A stretch of DNA of 64,000 nt from a virus. Location: positions 1 through 64,000 of the IMG/VR virus record IMGVR_UViG_3300021440_000014; one strand, 5' to 3'. The stretch's first letter is position 1, and each line of letters starts with the position of its first letter. A program made the position numbers and the translations under genes. A model generated the notes under the pieces. The model saw nothing but the letters and a program-made list of their open reading frames with translations. It searched no databases and was not told the DNA's origin. Of this stretch, positions 37,590 through 46,890 are shown piece by piece.

Positions 37590-38912
37590 TTAACTTATTA
37601 ACGTATTGCCTACACTAGGTAAGTATCCGCTCATGAAAAGACCTCTATCGCTTTGGAGTGGACCGCCAATCTGTGAAGAAAAGCTTAAGGAAACTCCTTT
37701 ATTTGGGCCAATAGATGAGGTATATGATTGAGAATCAAGTTTAGCGTTTTTCAGCACGTATTTCATCATTGTAAAATTACCCGTCTGAGGATGAGCTATA
37801 TTTACTTCTATATCATAGTTTTTATCTTGAGATATTGCTTCTACTAAATTTCCAGTAGAGATATCACCAAGATTTGCGTCGATAGAAAGGTTTACCTGAA
37901 CAGGGAACCTAATTTCTCTACTAAAAGCATACTTGCTTCCAAGTTTTTCGAGCGGATCTCTAGAAAGTGAAAAGCTTAGATTATAACTTTGAATTTTAGC
38001 ATCAGATATTAATGCACCAAGTTCCTGCTGATTAGAACTGCTTCCGCCCTGAAGAACTTTAAAAGTAATATCTCCCGGTTTAAGAACGCTTATTGAATAG
38101 GGACTTCTAAATTGACTTGCTGTAGGAGTAGCATTAGGTCCATTTACTGAGGTAGTAAATGAAAATCCAGACCAAGGATTAGTAACGGCAACAGGCACAC
38201 ATACAAATTTTTGGTTATTATTGGACGCAGAAACATTTACAGCAGATCCATCAGCGGGGTTGACGGCTGGATTATTAATTAAATATATACCAGAGAATCC
38301 TTCACCACCTTCATAATTACCAAATCCAGCACCATTGGTAGGGAGTGGCGTTTGGAACATTATATTAAGCCCCTCTAACGAAACATTAGTAGTAGGAAAA
38401 TTGCCTACCGAACCTTCTGTAGAGAAATTAGAAATAAAACAATTGCCTAAAGAGACGAAAGATATTTTATTATAATTACTTCCATTGTTTTCGCCGTGAT
38501 TTATCGCATCAATACCTTCTGGGACAGTTTTTACAAAGTAATTTTTGTCGTCCTGAGTTTTATTAAGAATATTAGAAATGCAGCTTACATTTTGGTTAGA
38601 GCCAGAATTGATTGTGAATCCAAGCATTTGTTCATTATAGAAATTCGCATTTAAATAAGAGAAATCAAGATTAACAGTAGGAGACTCAAGAAGAATTCTA
38701 TCTATAGCCGCCAATTCCCCAAATTGGTTAACATCTCTTCTGTTCAAAGAATAACCGTAGTTAATAGATTGGACTCTAAAAAGTTGTTTAGTTAGCGGTC
38801 TTGGATTTAAACCTGTATTAACTATTAAATTATCATCATTTTGTATTCCTGTAGAAGGACTTGGCCCAACGTATAGGACTTCGTTTTGGTAAATTACTCT
38901 ATTCTTTGGCAT
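37590..38912 (-). CDS. Tail tube protein paralogue 2 (probably minor)
   Basis: Long stretches identical to 38986..40245, e.g. RVQSINYGYSLNRRDVNQFGELAAIDRILLESPTVNLDFSYLN. Confidence 0.7.
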   Translation of the reverse strand: MPKNRVIYQNEVLYVGPSPSTGIQNDDNLIVNTGLNPRPLTKQLFRVQSINYGYSLNRRDVNQFGELAAIDRILLESPTVNLDFSYLNANFYNEQMLGFTINSGSNQNVSCISNILNKTQDDKNYFVKTVPEGIDAINHGENNGSNYNKISFVSLGNCFISNFSTEGSVGNFPTTNVSLEGLNIMFQTPLPTNGAGFGNYEGGEGFSGIYLINNPAVNPADGSAVNVSASNNNQKFVCVPVAVTNPWSGFSFTTSVNGPNATPTASQFRSPYSISVLKPGDITFKVLQGGSSSNQQELGALISDAKIQSYNLSFSLSRDPLEKLGSKYAFSREIRFPVQVNLSIDANLGDISTGNLVEAISQDKNYDIEVNIAHPQTGNFTMMKYVLKNAKLDSQSYTSSIGPNKGVSLSFSSQIGGPLQSDRGLFMSGYLPSVGNTLIS

Positions 38913-38927
38913 AATATCTAAATAAAA

Positions 38928-38933
38928 TTACAC
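38928..38933 (-). promoter_or_regulatory. Putative late promoter GTGTAA
   Basis: 15 nt upstream of ATG 38912, abutting the terminator U-tract. Confidence 0.65.
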
Positions 38934-38961
38934 AAAAAAACGCGGGAATTTTCCCGCGTTT
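38934..38961 (-). terminator. Rho-independent terminator after the major tail tube gene
   Basis: AAACGCGGGA/TCCCGCGTTT stem followed by a T run on the - strand. Confidence 0.85.
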
Positions 38962-38985
38962 ATGTTTTATTATTTTATCAACTTT

Positions 38986-40245
38986 TTAGTAATCAATACT
39001 AGGAGCAAGACCGCTGAAGAACAAGCCCTTAGTCGTCTGCAACGGACCACCGATTTGAGACGAGAAGCTCAATGACACAGACTTATTAGGTCCAATTGAC
39101 GAAGTATAAGACTGAGAATCCAACTTAGCATTTCTCAAAGTATACTCAAGTGCTCTTAGAGAACCTGTTTGAGGGTGCTTAATTGCAATTCTAATGTCGT
39201 AGCTCTTATCTGCTTGAATAACGTCAACCAAGTTACCAGTGGTAAGGTCGCCAACGTTTGCGTCAACAGAAAGGTTCACTTGGACAGGGAATCTAATTTC
39301 TCTGGCGAACGCATATTTGCTGCCCAGCTTTTCAAGCGGATCTCTTGAAAGAGAGAAGCTTAGGTTGTAGCTCTGAATCTTCGCATCAGAAATCGTAAGA
39401 CCAGCTTCGTTAAGAGAGTTAGTTGTTCCAGCGTCCCAGAAGTCGAACGTGATGTCTCCCGGTCTTAAAGCCGAAATATTGTATGCATATCCTGCGTCAC
39501 CTACTCCAAGGTTTCCGCTTCCATAAGTGCCGAACATCTTACCATTAATAGCGTTACTCTTGAACGGAGGAATAGCAGCGTAAGTGCTTAATCCAGAGCC
39601 ATCAACGGGATTAACTGCTGGGCTAGGAACCCAAGATCCAGTTGCAAGTAATCCACCAGTAGCAGGAGCAACGAATCCGTTACCGCTTTGCTTTTGAGTA
39701 AATAAAATGTTAAGACCTTCTACGGAAACGCTAGTCGTTGGGAAATTACCAACGGACGCCTCGGTAGAGAAGTTAGAAATGAAACCGTTACCAATCGCAA
39801 TATATTGTTCTGGATTAGCACCGGAAAGTCCAGCATATTCAGCGGCATCAACACCTTCTGGAACAGTTTTAATAAAATAGTTTCTATCGTCTTCGGTCTT
39901 GTTAAGAATGTTAGCGATAGCAGATACATATCCCTGACCAGTATTAATGTAAAAACCTAACGCTTCTTCATTAGAGAAAGACGAGTTAAGATAAGAAAAG
40001 TCGAGGTTAACGGTAGGGGATTCAAGCAAAATACGGTCAATAGCAGCGAGTTCACCAAATTGGTTCACGTCCCTTCTATTCAAAGAGTAACCATAGTTAA
40101 TGGATTGAACTCTGACTAATTGTTTAACCTTGTAAAAACCAGTAGTTTGCCCAGCGGCAGTAACGGTTCCGTATTGCGTTCCTGTTGCAGGTGCAGGACC
40201 GGCTAGTAAACCTTCTGTTTGGTAAATTATTCTATTTTTTGCCAT
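38986..40245 (-). CDS. Major tail tube protein (two tube-like halves)
   Basis: Position between neck genes and chaperones/TMP. Own promoter motif and terminator, codon usage like the capsid gene. The two halves resemble each other (VQSINYGYSLNRRDVNQFG and IQSYNLSFSLSRDPLEKLG). Confidence 0.75.
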   Translation of the reverse strand: MAKNRIIYQTEGLLAGPAPATGTQYGTVTAAGQTTGFYKVKQLVRVQSINYGYSLNRRDVNQFGELAAIDRILLESPTVNLDFSYLNSSFSNEEALGFYINTGQGYVSAIANILNKTEDDRNYFIKTVPEGVDAAEYAGLSGANPEQYIAIGNGFISNFSTEASVGNFPTTSVSVEGLNILFTQKQSGNGFVAPATGGLLATGSWVPSPAVNPVDGSGLSTYAAIPPFKSNAINGKMFGTYGSGNLGVGDAGYAYNISALRPGDITFDFWDAGTTNSLNEAGLTISDAKIQSYNLSFSLSRDPLEKLGSKYAFAREIRFPVQVNLSVDANVGDLTTGNLVDVIQADKSYDIRIAIKHPQTGSLRALEYTLRNAKLDSQSYTSSIGPNKSVSLSFSSQIGGPLQTTKGLFFSGLAPSIDY

Positions 40246-40278
40246 AAAATTATTTAATTTTTAAAATTCTAATATCTG

Positions 40279-40284
40279 TTACAC
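40279..40284 (-). promoter_or_regulatory. Putative late promoter GTGTAA
   Basis: Intergenic, 33 nt upstream of the tube gene ATG. Confidence 0.65.
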
Positions 40285-40306
40285 GTTATTTTATCCTTAT
40301 AGAATA

Positions 40307-41167
40307 TTAAAGTCTTGGATTACGGACCAGTTCTATTCTCATATCTATGATGTTTGGAAATACTCCGGGGTTTAGAGTTTTTATCTCATTTACTATTGCG
40401 GATCTATAAGAGATTTGAGTAGTAGAAACGTTGGCTATACATGCCATATCAGAGAACGGTATGCTATTGGCTATTTGCGTATAGTTATAATTTCCATTTT
40501 TAGAATAACCTAAGTTATTATAAGGCATATCATTTTCAGAAAAAATAGGTATGAAAGTATACTTCTTATCCCTTAATATTGAAGAAACCGCGTCACATGA
40601 GAACTGAGAGTTAGCTAAAACTATTAATTTAATGTTAAAAACAGTAGTATCTGTGCCGCCAAAAGCAAAAGGTTCGTTAACGCTTCCATCGTTCTTAACA
40701 AAAATACAGGGGAAAGTCAGTGTTTGTGGGGCTAATCCAGTGAAAGGTCTATTAATCTTGGGTCTTGCCTCGTATTTAGTTTCAAATAGCAATTTATACT
40801 CAGGTTCGTTTGTCAGGTAAACATTAAAATCTTTGATAGCGTAATTTCCGCTAATAGTTTGGTTATTAAGACTTTGAGAAAAATATAATTGGCCTTCATT
40901 GAAATTTACGCCAGAATATCCAGACTCACCAACCGAAACATAGTTATTATTTAAATAAACTCCAGAAAGAATATTCGCATTTGGGATAGATGTATCTGCG
41001 ACTATCTGTTTGAATGGAGAAGCGTAAGCGTAGTAATCGCTAAATATAGAATCTATTCGGTAAAATTGACCGGATACATTGGTATAAGCTTCTCCTTTAT
41101 CTAATAGAGTATGATCGAGCCATAATAACACGCTCGACATTAATTTATTGTCTAATTGAGGCTTCAT
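40307..41167 (-). CDS. Putative tail terminator / tail completion protein
   Basis: Directly upstream of the tube gene. TFPCIFVKNDGSVNEPFAFGG resembles the terminator-type xPxIxV motif. Mostly synteny. Confidence 0.5.
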   Translation of the reverse strand: MKPQLDNKLMSSVLLWLDHTLLDKGEAYTNVSGQFYRIDSIFSDYYAYASPFKQIVADTSIPNANILSGVYLNNNYVSVGESGYSGVNFNEGQLYFSQSLNNQTISGNYAIKDFNVYLTNEPEYKLLFETKYEARPKINRPFTGLAPQTLTFPCIFVKNDGSVNEPFAFGGTDTTVFNIKLIVLANSQFSCDAVSSILRDKKYTFIPIFSENDMPYNNLGYSKNGNYNYTQIANSIPFSDMACIANVSTTQISYRSAIVNEIKTLNPGVFPNIIDMRIELVRNPRL

Positions 41168-41766
41168 TTAGTTGTAAATTTTAATTTTAAATCATTAAGT
41201 ATCTTAGAGATATAAGGAGTTGGCTTAAATGCGCCATCTCTAAGTCTGTCTATAGATTGTAAGCCCCTGCCAGATCTACTAGAAGATGAAGTTGAAAAAT
41301 TTTTCCAGTAAATATATTCCGTAAATCCAGATATACCATTTTCAATACCTCTTAACCAACTATTACCAGAATCCCAAGGAAGAGGAGTCAAATCATATAA
41401 AGTCCTATAAGAAGGTATTTTTACTTTATAGTTAAAAATTATTTTTGTGCCCCGTTCTATTATAGTAGGGGTATCGTTCATGGAAATAAGTAATTCTAAA
41501 GCCCTTAAGACATCTTCTATTGGAGTAGATCCTGAATCGAAACCTATAAACGAGAATAAATTTCCTTTTCCAGCCAAAGTCTGAGAAATATTAGAAGAAT
41601 TTTCGTCACTTAATTCTTTACTGACCTTATGTTCTTCAAATTGCTCTAATGCAGCTATTTTAGCCGCATTAAATCTTGCTTCAGCGGCATTATAAGCAAT
41701 GTTTTTCAAGGAATTTATTCTAGCCTTCCTTGTTTCGTTATTAAACTGTATTGCGTTAAATCTCAT
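41164..41766 (-). CDS. Putative neck / tail completion protein
   Basis: Synteny in the head-tail joining block. WLRGIENG...FKPTPYIS tail. Confidence 0.45.
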   Translation of the reverse strand: MRFNAIQFNNETRKARINSLKNIAYNAAEARFNAAKIAALEQFEEHKVSKELSDENSSNISQTLAGKGNLFSFIGFDSGSTPIEDVLRALELLISMNDTPTIIERGTKIIFNYKVKIPSYRTLYDLTPLPWDSGNSWLRGIENGISGFTEYIYWKNFSTSSSSRSGRGLQSIDRLRDGAFKPTPYISKILNDLKLKFTTK

Positions 41767-42212
41767 TAAGTAGTGCTATACAAAGTAAAATAATAATAAA
41801 TTAACCCCTGAAAGTTTTGGACGCTTTCGCCCCCAATATTATTATAACTTATTCCATCCATCTCGAATAGTTCGTTTCTTCCGTTTTTTATAAATTCTCT
41901 GGCATCTTTTTGAACTTTAATCCTAGACATATTCACGCTAGATAAGCTTTGAACGTCTGGTTGGTTCGCAGAGTTTTGATTTTTATTATCTACCTTGATA
42001 ACCGGGAATATGCCAGAAACAGGAACCATTATAAAATTATCCTCATTCGAAGAAAATTGATATCCTGCATAAATATTCTCAGAACTGTTAACAATTACCC
42101 TTTTCGGCTCTTTATGAACAATTAAATTCCTTCCATTTGAGAATGTGTCAAAATGTCTCGCGAAAATACCTGTTTTTGAATATATTTGAGAGTCTGAAAG
42201 TAAACTACTCAT
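41766..42212 (-). CDS. Putative head closure (stopper) protein
   Basis: Synteny. Beta-rich 148 aa with FEMDGISY. Confidence 0.45.
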   Translation of the reverse strand: MSSLLSDSQIYSKTGIFARHFDTFSNGRNLIVHKEPKRVIVNSSENIYAGYQFSSNEDNFIMVPVSGIFPVIKVDNKNQNSANQPDVQSLSSVNMSRIKVQKDAREFIKNGRNELFEMDGISYNNIGGESVQNFQGLIYYYFTLYSTT

Positions 42213-42215
42213 GTG

Positions 42216-42689
42216 TTATCTCCTTTGATAGTAATCTCTTGGGCGGACCTCTATTAATTCTTCATCGCCGCAAACTTGCACAGGAGCAACGGAATTGTTA
42301 TTATATCCTTTAACAAGTTTATCAAGGGATTCCTGTTCCAGTTTTTTCATCTGAATGTAGCTCTTGCTTATTTCGTTTTTATTGACTGTTCTCACAGTTC
42401 CTCCGTCAGATGAGACTTCGAGTATTATATCCTGAGAGGCCACGCCAAGAAAACTCCTTATCTTCTTATCGTAAAAATAAATGCTATACAATTTTTTTAG
42501 TATAGCTTTTTCGTCAACATTCAATTCTGGGGAGATGTCAATAGAATCCTCTGACACTTGGAATGAAGTTGCTATTAAATTATTTAAATCTCCTATGTTA
42601 TTGACTATCCAATAACTAATAGAAGGAGTTGAAAGAGAGCTATCGTCTAGCTCTCTTCTTATTTCATCTGCAATTGATACAACTTTCAT
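42216..42689 (-). CDS. Putative head-tail adaptor protein
   Basis: Synteny. Helical with a central LEVSSDGGTVRTVN hairpin, as in gp6/gp15-like adaptors. Confidence 0.5.
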   Translation of the reverse strand: MKVVSIADEIRRELDDSSLSTPSISYWIVNNIGDLNNLIATSFQVSEDSIDISPELNVDEKAILKKLYSIYFYDKKIRSFLGVASQDIILEVSSDGGTVRTVNKNEISKSYIQMKKLEQESLDKLVKGYNNNSVAPVQVCGDEELIEVRPRDYYQRR

Positions 42690-42701
42690 ATCTATGTATT
42701 A

Positions 42702-42707
42702 TTACAC
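42702..42707 (-). promoter_or_regulatory. Putative late promoter GTGTAA
   Basis: In a 30-bp intergenic gap, 12 nt upstream of the ATG. Confidence 0.65.
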
Positions 42708-42719
42708 AGATATGTATTT

Positions 42720-43058
42720 TTATTTACCTTCGCCGAGAATTTTTAATGCGCTAGTTGAAATACTTTTGCCATTATTGGTTTGTTTTGCGGGCATTTTATA
42801 TAAACCAACGTATGCATTAAACTCTTTAACGAGTTTTCTGACGATAAGATCTCTGTTATCGCTGGGCTGAACACCAACTTTTCTTGCGTGAAGTTGTAAA
42901 TCAGACAGATTCATAGATTGAATCTCTTTGATATATTCGTCTAGCTTAAGTGTTCCGTATTTAGTCATTCCTTTGTCACCCCAAACTTGATCTAGAGTAG
43001 AGGGCGCGAAATTTTCTTCTTTACCGTTAATTTGAGTGATTTTTTTTGGTTTTGCCAT
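42720..43058 (-). CDS. Hypothetical protein with a Rho-N/HeH-like helical motif
   Basis: MNLSDLQLHARKVGV...RDLIVRKL pattern. Confidence 0.5.
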   Translation of the reverse strand: MAKPKKITQINGKEENFAPSTLDQVWGDKGMTKYGTLKLDEYIKEIQSMNLSDLQLHARKVGVQPSDNRDLIVRKLVKEFNAYVGLYKMPAKQTNNGKSISTSALKILGEGK

Positions 43059-43091
43059 ATATATTATTTTACTATTTTATATTTTTAATTT

Positions 43092-45005
43092 CTAATCTAT
43101 TTTCTTGAAGCCGGGACCGATATCTCTTCTTCTAGAGCTATTTCCAGAATAAGACGCTTTTGGATCTGCTACGAATGGATTAGTTCCATAATAATATCTA
43201 TATCCTGCGGGAATCCTTGTTGGTTCATTTTCGGTAGGCTTATATGGATCGTATGGTGGCCACTGTAAGCTACCAAAGAATGTAGGCTTTGAAGTTAAAT
43301 AAAAGCTATTTGGAATTGTTTTATCATAAGTATGAACTACATTTTTTTCATCCCAAACAATTGCAGATCCGGGAGCTAAATCGCTGGCTCTATAACTCCA
43401 ATTACCCCATCTTATCATTGTTTCTCTTACGTTAGTATCGTATTCAAGAGATTCTCTTGGATTACGAGAATCATCTCCTGAACCATTTATTATATACCCT
43501 AATTTAAAAAGCGTAGTATAAACGTTGTCGTAAGGGAAATATTTTAGATTATAACACTCGTAAATAGATTCTGGTGCCCCTCCCGTTGTTCCTCCTAAAA
43601 TATTACCAACAAACATCCAATAATGATTTCTTCTACAAACATCTACGGTTATCGTCTGGGCGTCTATAAATTCATTCCCTCTATCTTGAGAAAATATTCT
43701 ATTTCTAAGAATAGTAAAATGAGAGCTTGTCCCCCAATATTCGTCTGCTCTTATACCTGATGCTGAAAAATTTCCTTCTATTAAATTCATAAAAGGATGT
43801 CCTCCGTGCATCAAATTACTAAATCTTCTAATAATATCTGAATCTCCTTCTCCTAATCTCCACCAAATATTTGTAACGAAATTATAGCTAACTACATTTC
43901 CAGAAGTGCATCCTTCAAAACATACTGTTCCTATCGTTAGTTTTTCTGATATATTATCCGTAATCAATAAAGCAGAAGTATGAGGGCCAAGAAAAATAGG
44001 ATATGCCCTGTCTGAAGTATAATGTAAATCTCTTTCGTTTCCGACCGGAACTCCTCCATAGAGATAGCAACCGCTTATTTCTGACCATAAAGCGTTATAA
44101 ACCCAGAAAGCCCTTCTATGTGCTCCTATCAATTTCACATTTTTTACCCAACAATTAACCCATCCAAAAACCGTAATAGTATCAAACGCATCTGAGTCTA
44201 GGTTATCAAGAGTTAAATTTTCTAAACCAGCCTCCTCTACCATTGGCCCAATTCTTACCGCTTGAGGTTGGTTTGTATAAGAAAAATACAAAGGAGGATC
44301 TATTTGAACCGTCGTTGAATTAACTACGTTAGTTATTTTGACTATTTGCCCACATGGTCTAGTCCCAGATTCTCTACCCAACCAAGTAGCATACTGATTA
44401 GCTCCTCCTCCTCCTGTTCCGGCTGATGTAAAATTCGAAACAGGAAGAATAGCACCCTCATTCGTTTTAGTGTCTACTATGAGATATTGACCTACTGACC
44501 AATTATGTGTTGTAGAAGTAGTTAAATTAACGGAATCTTTTGTTGGAGACACTAAATCAAAAGCTGGATAAGTTGACCAAGAGAAATCAAAACCCATATC
44601 AAAATTAACCATTCTTTTTGATAAAAGTTTAATTGGAGTAATTACTCCTGTTTCTGCATTCGTTGAATAGGAAGATATATAAAAAAGATCTGGAGAAACC
44701 CCTTTAATAATAGTTTCATACATGTTTTCTCCTTTTAAAGTTACATAACTTGGGATTTTTAAAGCTTCATCTATTAAATATGTTCCATTTTTTAAAAGAA
44801 CAATTTTATTTGGTGGGCAGTTACTTATAGCTGCTTGTATTTGTTTCGTTGTAGCCCCCGGATTTATAATAGTATAAATTTCTCTGTCCGTATTCACCGT
44901 AGATCTAAGACCCGGATTCCAGTTTATTCTTAAATTATCTGGAATAATAGTAGAAAAACAGTTATGAATAAATAGGAAAAAAAGTAAAAAATAAATTGAT
45001 TTCAT
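43092..45005 (-). CDS. Signal-peptide-bearing right-handed beta-helix (pectate-lyase-3/tailspike-like) protein, paralogue C3
   Basis: MKSIYFLLFFLFIHNCFS signal. IQAAISNCPPNKIVLLKNGTY...VTLKGE, MHGGHPFMNLIEGN, RADEYWGTS. Confidence 0.75.
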   Translation of the reverse strand: MKSIYFLLFFLFIHNCFSTIIPDNLRINWNPGLRSTVNTDREIYTIINPGATTKQIQAAISNCPPNKIVLLKNGTYLIDEALKIPSYVTLKGENMYETIIKGVSPDLFYISSYSTNAETGVITPIKLLSKRMVNFDMGFDFSWSTYPAFDLVSPTKDSVNLTTSTTHNWSVGQYLIVDTKTNEGAILPVSNFTSAGTGGGGANQYATWLGRESGTRPCGQIVKITNVVNSTTVQIDPPLYFSYTNQPQAVRIGPMVEEAGLENLTLDNLDSDAFDTITVFGWVNCWVKNVKLIGAHRRAFWVYNALWSEISGCYLYGGVPVGNERDLHYTSDRAYPIFLGPHTSALLITDNISEKLTIGTVCFEGCTSGNVVSYNFVTNIWWRLGEGDSDIIRRFSNLMHGGHPFMNLIEGNFSASGIRADEYWGTSSHFTILRNRIFSQDRGNEFIDAQTITVDVCRRNHYWMFVGNILGGTTGGAPESIYECYNLKYFPYDNVYTTLFKLGYIINGSGDDSRNPRESLEYDTNVRETMIRWGNWSYRASDLAPGSAIVWDEKNVVHTYDKTIPNSFYLTSKPTFFGSLQWPPYDPYKPTENEPTRIPAGYRYYYGTNPFVADPKASYSGNSSRRRDIGPGFKKID

Positions 45006-45775
45006 AAAGGATCGCTTCCAATTTTATCAGGGCTAACTCTCACTTTGTCTATTCTATAATCTGATGGAGTGTACTCAGAGTAAAACCATATTCCATTAGC
45101 TGAACCAGTTGACTTACCATTTGTTATCGCAGTGTAAAAAGATGATCCGCTGGCAGGTTTAGTTTCGCTATTCAAAGCCATAAATACTTCAGCAAGTGAA
45201 TTAGCTCCAGTTCCGGCAACATAATGTAACCATATACTTATAGTATCCGTAGGTGCTGCGGCACCAACTGTAGATATTTCTACATAGCCAGTTGATCCAA
45301 AAGCTCCTTCTATTAATTTCAAAGTGCCATTATAATTTAAATACAGCGAACAAATAGGAGTGTTATCTTGACTCCCAGACATTAAATTAAAAATAGTTGT
45401 TCCGTCTTGATATGTAACTCTTTTGAATCTAAAATACACATATACCTCTGAAGTTAAATCAAAAGCCCCAACGTAGTAGATACGAGCACCATCTTGAAGT
45501 CTTAAACTTTTAGAGCCAACAAGAGGATCTGTAGCATACGCGAATTCAACAGTTCCCACTAAAGGAAAACCAACAACAAATTGTTGAACCCAACCCGGAA
45601 GAAAAACTCCTTCTTGAGCATCCTCGAAATCTTCTTTATAAATATAAGTTGGAGCAGCCTCACAACAATCTGGGTTTTTAGTTAAATGATTTTTTCTTTT
45701 AAAGATTGAAACCTGCTGAGAAAAACACTGAGTAGATAAAAGAAATAAAAATATTAAATTTAAAATTTTTACCAT
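45002..45775 (-). CDS. Signal-peptide-bearing lectin/jelly-roll-like protein, paralogue B2
   Basis: MVKILNLIFLFLLSTQCFS signal. Aligns with 50593..51354 (E.FE, L.GS.SLR, YVAG.GAN..A.V, DK..V). Confidence 0.65.
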   Translation of the reverse strand: MVKILNLIFLFLLSTQCFSQQVSIFKRKNHLTKNPDCCEAAPTYIYKEDFEDAQEGVFLPGWVQQFVVGFPLVGTVEFAYATDPLVGSKSLRLQDGARIYYVGAFDLTSEVYVYFRFKRVTYQDGTTIFNLMSGSQDNTPICSLYLNYNGTLKLIEGAFGSTGYVEISTVGAAAPTDTISIWLHYVAGTGANSLAEVFMALNSETKPASGSSFYTAITNGKSTGSANGIWFYSEYTPSDYRIDKVRVSPDKIGSDPL

Positions 45776-46890
45776 GTTGCCGTCTCCTCTGGATCAACTA
45801 AGTTCTCGAAATACCTTATGACAATGAAATATATTTTGGCTACTCCGGGTAAGTCGTCTGCGGTTTCATCAACTAATCTTCTTATTCTTAAATCTAGAAT
45901 AGCCCCAGAAGTAGACGTTGAATGCCCAAGATTTAAGTTGCCACTTGAAGAGGATTTTATTAAATCGTTAAAAGCGGTTTGCGAGCTAGTTATTTTTATT
46001 TCAGTGCCATAAGATTGATCTACTGGATCATCGTGTTCTACCATATCTGCGGATATACCCCAAACTACGGATTTACTTGGGATTGCATTTGAAGCCGACC
46101 AATAGACTTTTACCTCTACATTACCTTTATCCCAAGTTTCAGGCATCGGGACGGAAGCGCAAACAGTTTGTATAGTCGTATTTGTAAACTCCATAAAGTC
46201 TCTTCTTTTAAAATTTACGATACTTTCTTCTGTCCCATAAATTGCGCCAGCCGTAAAATTAGTTAGCATGGCTCCCGCTGGTATAGCTAAGGTTCTGTAA
46301 ATACCAGATCTAGAATTATTCCTCCACTCTCCTTCTCCAGTGGTAGAATTAGTGCATGTCCAAACGTAGTTACTTTGCGCATTGCTATTGGGAATTCTAA
46401 TGTCAAATAATGTTGGACTGCGATTATAAACATTAGTATTATATAGACCCGTTCTATTATTTTGATATGAATCACACCAAAACTTTTGATTACTATAATT
46501 AAAGAAATACATGTTAGTAGAAGGGATTCCTCCTAAAACTGGATTGCTACCATCTAACTCTTTCGCATTAGAAGGAAAATACGCAAAAACAGAATTAGTA
46601 TTAACCAATTCTACAACTACCTGTTTAAATGTATTCGCTTCGTTTGGTTGATTGGCAAATGATATAGTGAAATTATTGCTAGGATAAACTATATAGTAAT
46701 TAGTCCTCCAATCTACAACTATGTTTGTTGTATTGTTAAGTTTAATCATCGTTTTAGATCCATTTTTAAGATTAAAAATGGAAAGACCTGTCTGAACAAC
46801 GAACCCAGTAACAGGATCATATTGAACAGTTCTTAGTTGTCCGAAACAAGTAATGGCACTAAGCAATAAAAATAAAAATATATTTCTCAT
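45769..46890 (-). CDS. Signal-peptide-bearing tail-fibre-like protein, paralogue A2
   Basis: MRNIFLFLLLSAITCFG signal. N-domain aligns with 51351..52115 (NTTN...W.TNYY...PSN.F.IS..N.P...VNTNS..AYFP.N). Fibre-like YVWTC...GEGEW and a C-terminal jelly-roll. Confidence 0.65.
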   Translation of the reverse strand: MRNIFLFLLLSAITCFGQLRTVQYDPVTGFVVQTGLSIFNLKNGSKTMIKLNNTTNIVVDWRTNYYIVYPSNNFTISFANQPNEANTFKQVVVELVNTNSVFAYFPSNAKELDGSNPVLGGIPSTNMYFFNYSNQKFWCDSYQNNRTGLYNTNVYNRSPTLFDIRIPNSNAQSNYVWTCTNSTTGEGEWRNNSRSGIYRTLAIPAGAMLTNFTAGAIYGTEESIVNFKRRDFMEFTNTTIQTVCASVPMPETWDKGNVEVKVYWSASNAIPSKSVVWGISADMVEHDDPVDQSYGTEIKITSSQTAFNDLIKSSSSGNLNLGHSTSTSGAILDLRIRRLVDETADDLPGVAKIYFIVIRYFENLVDPEETATW

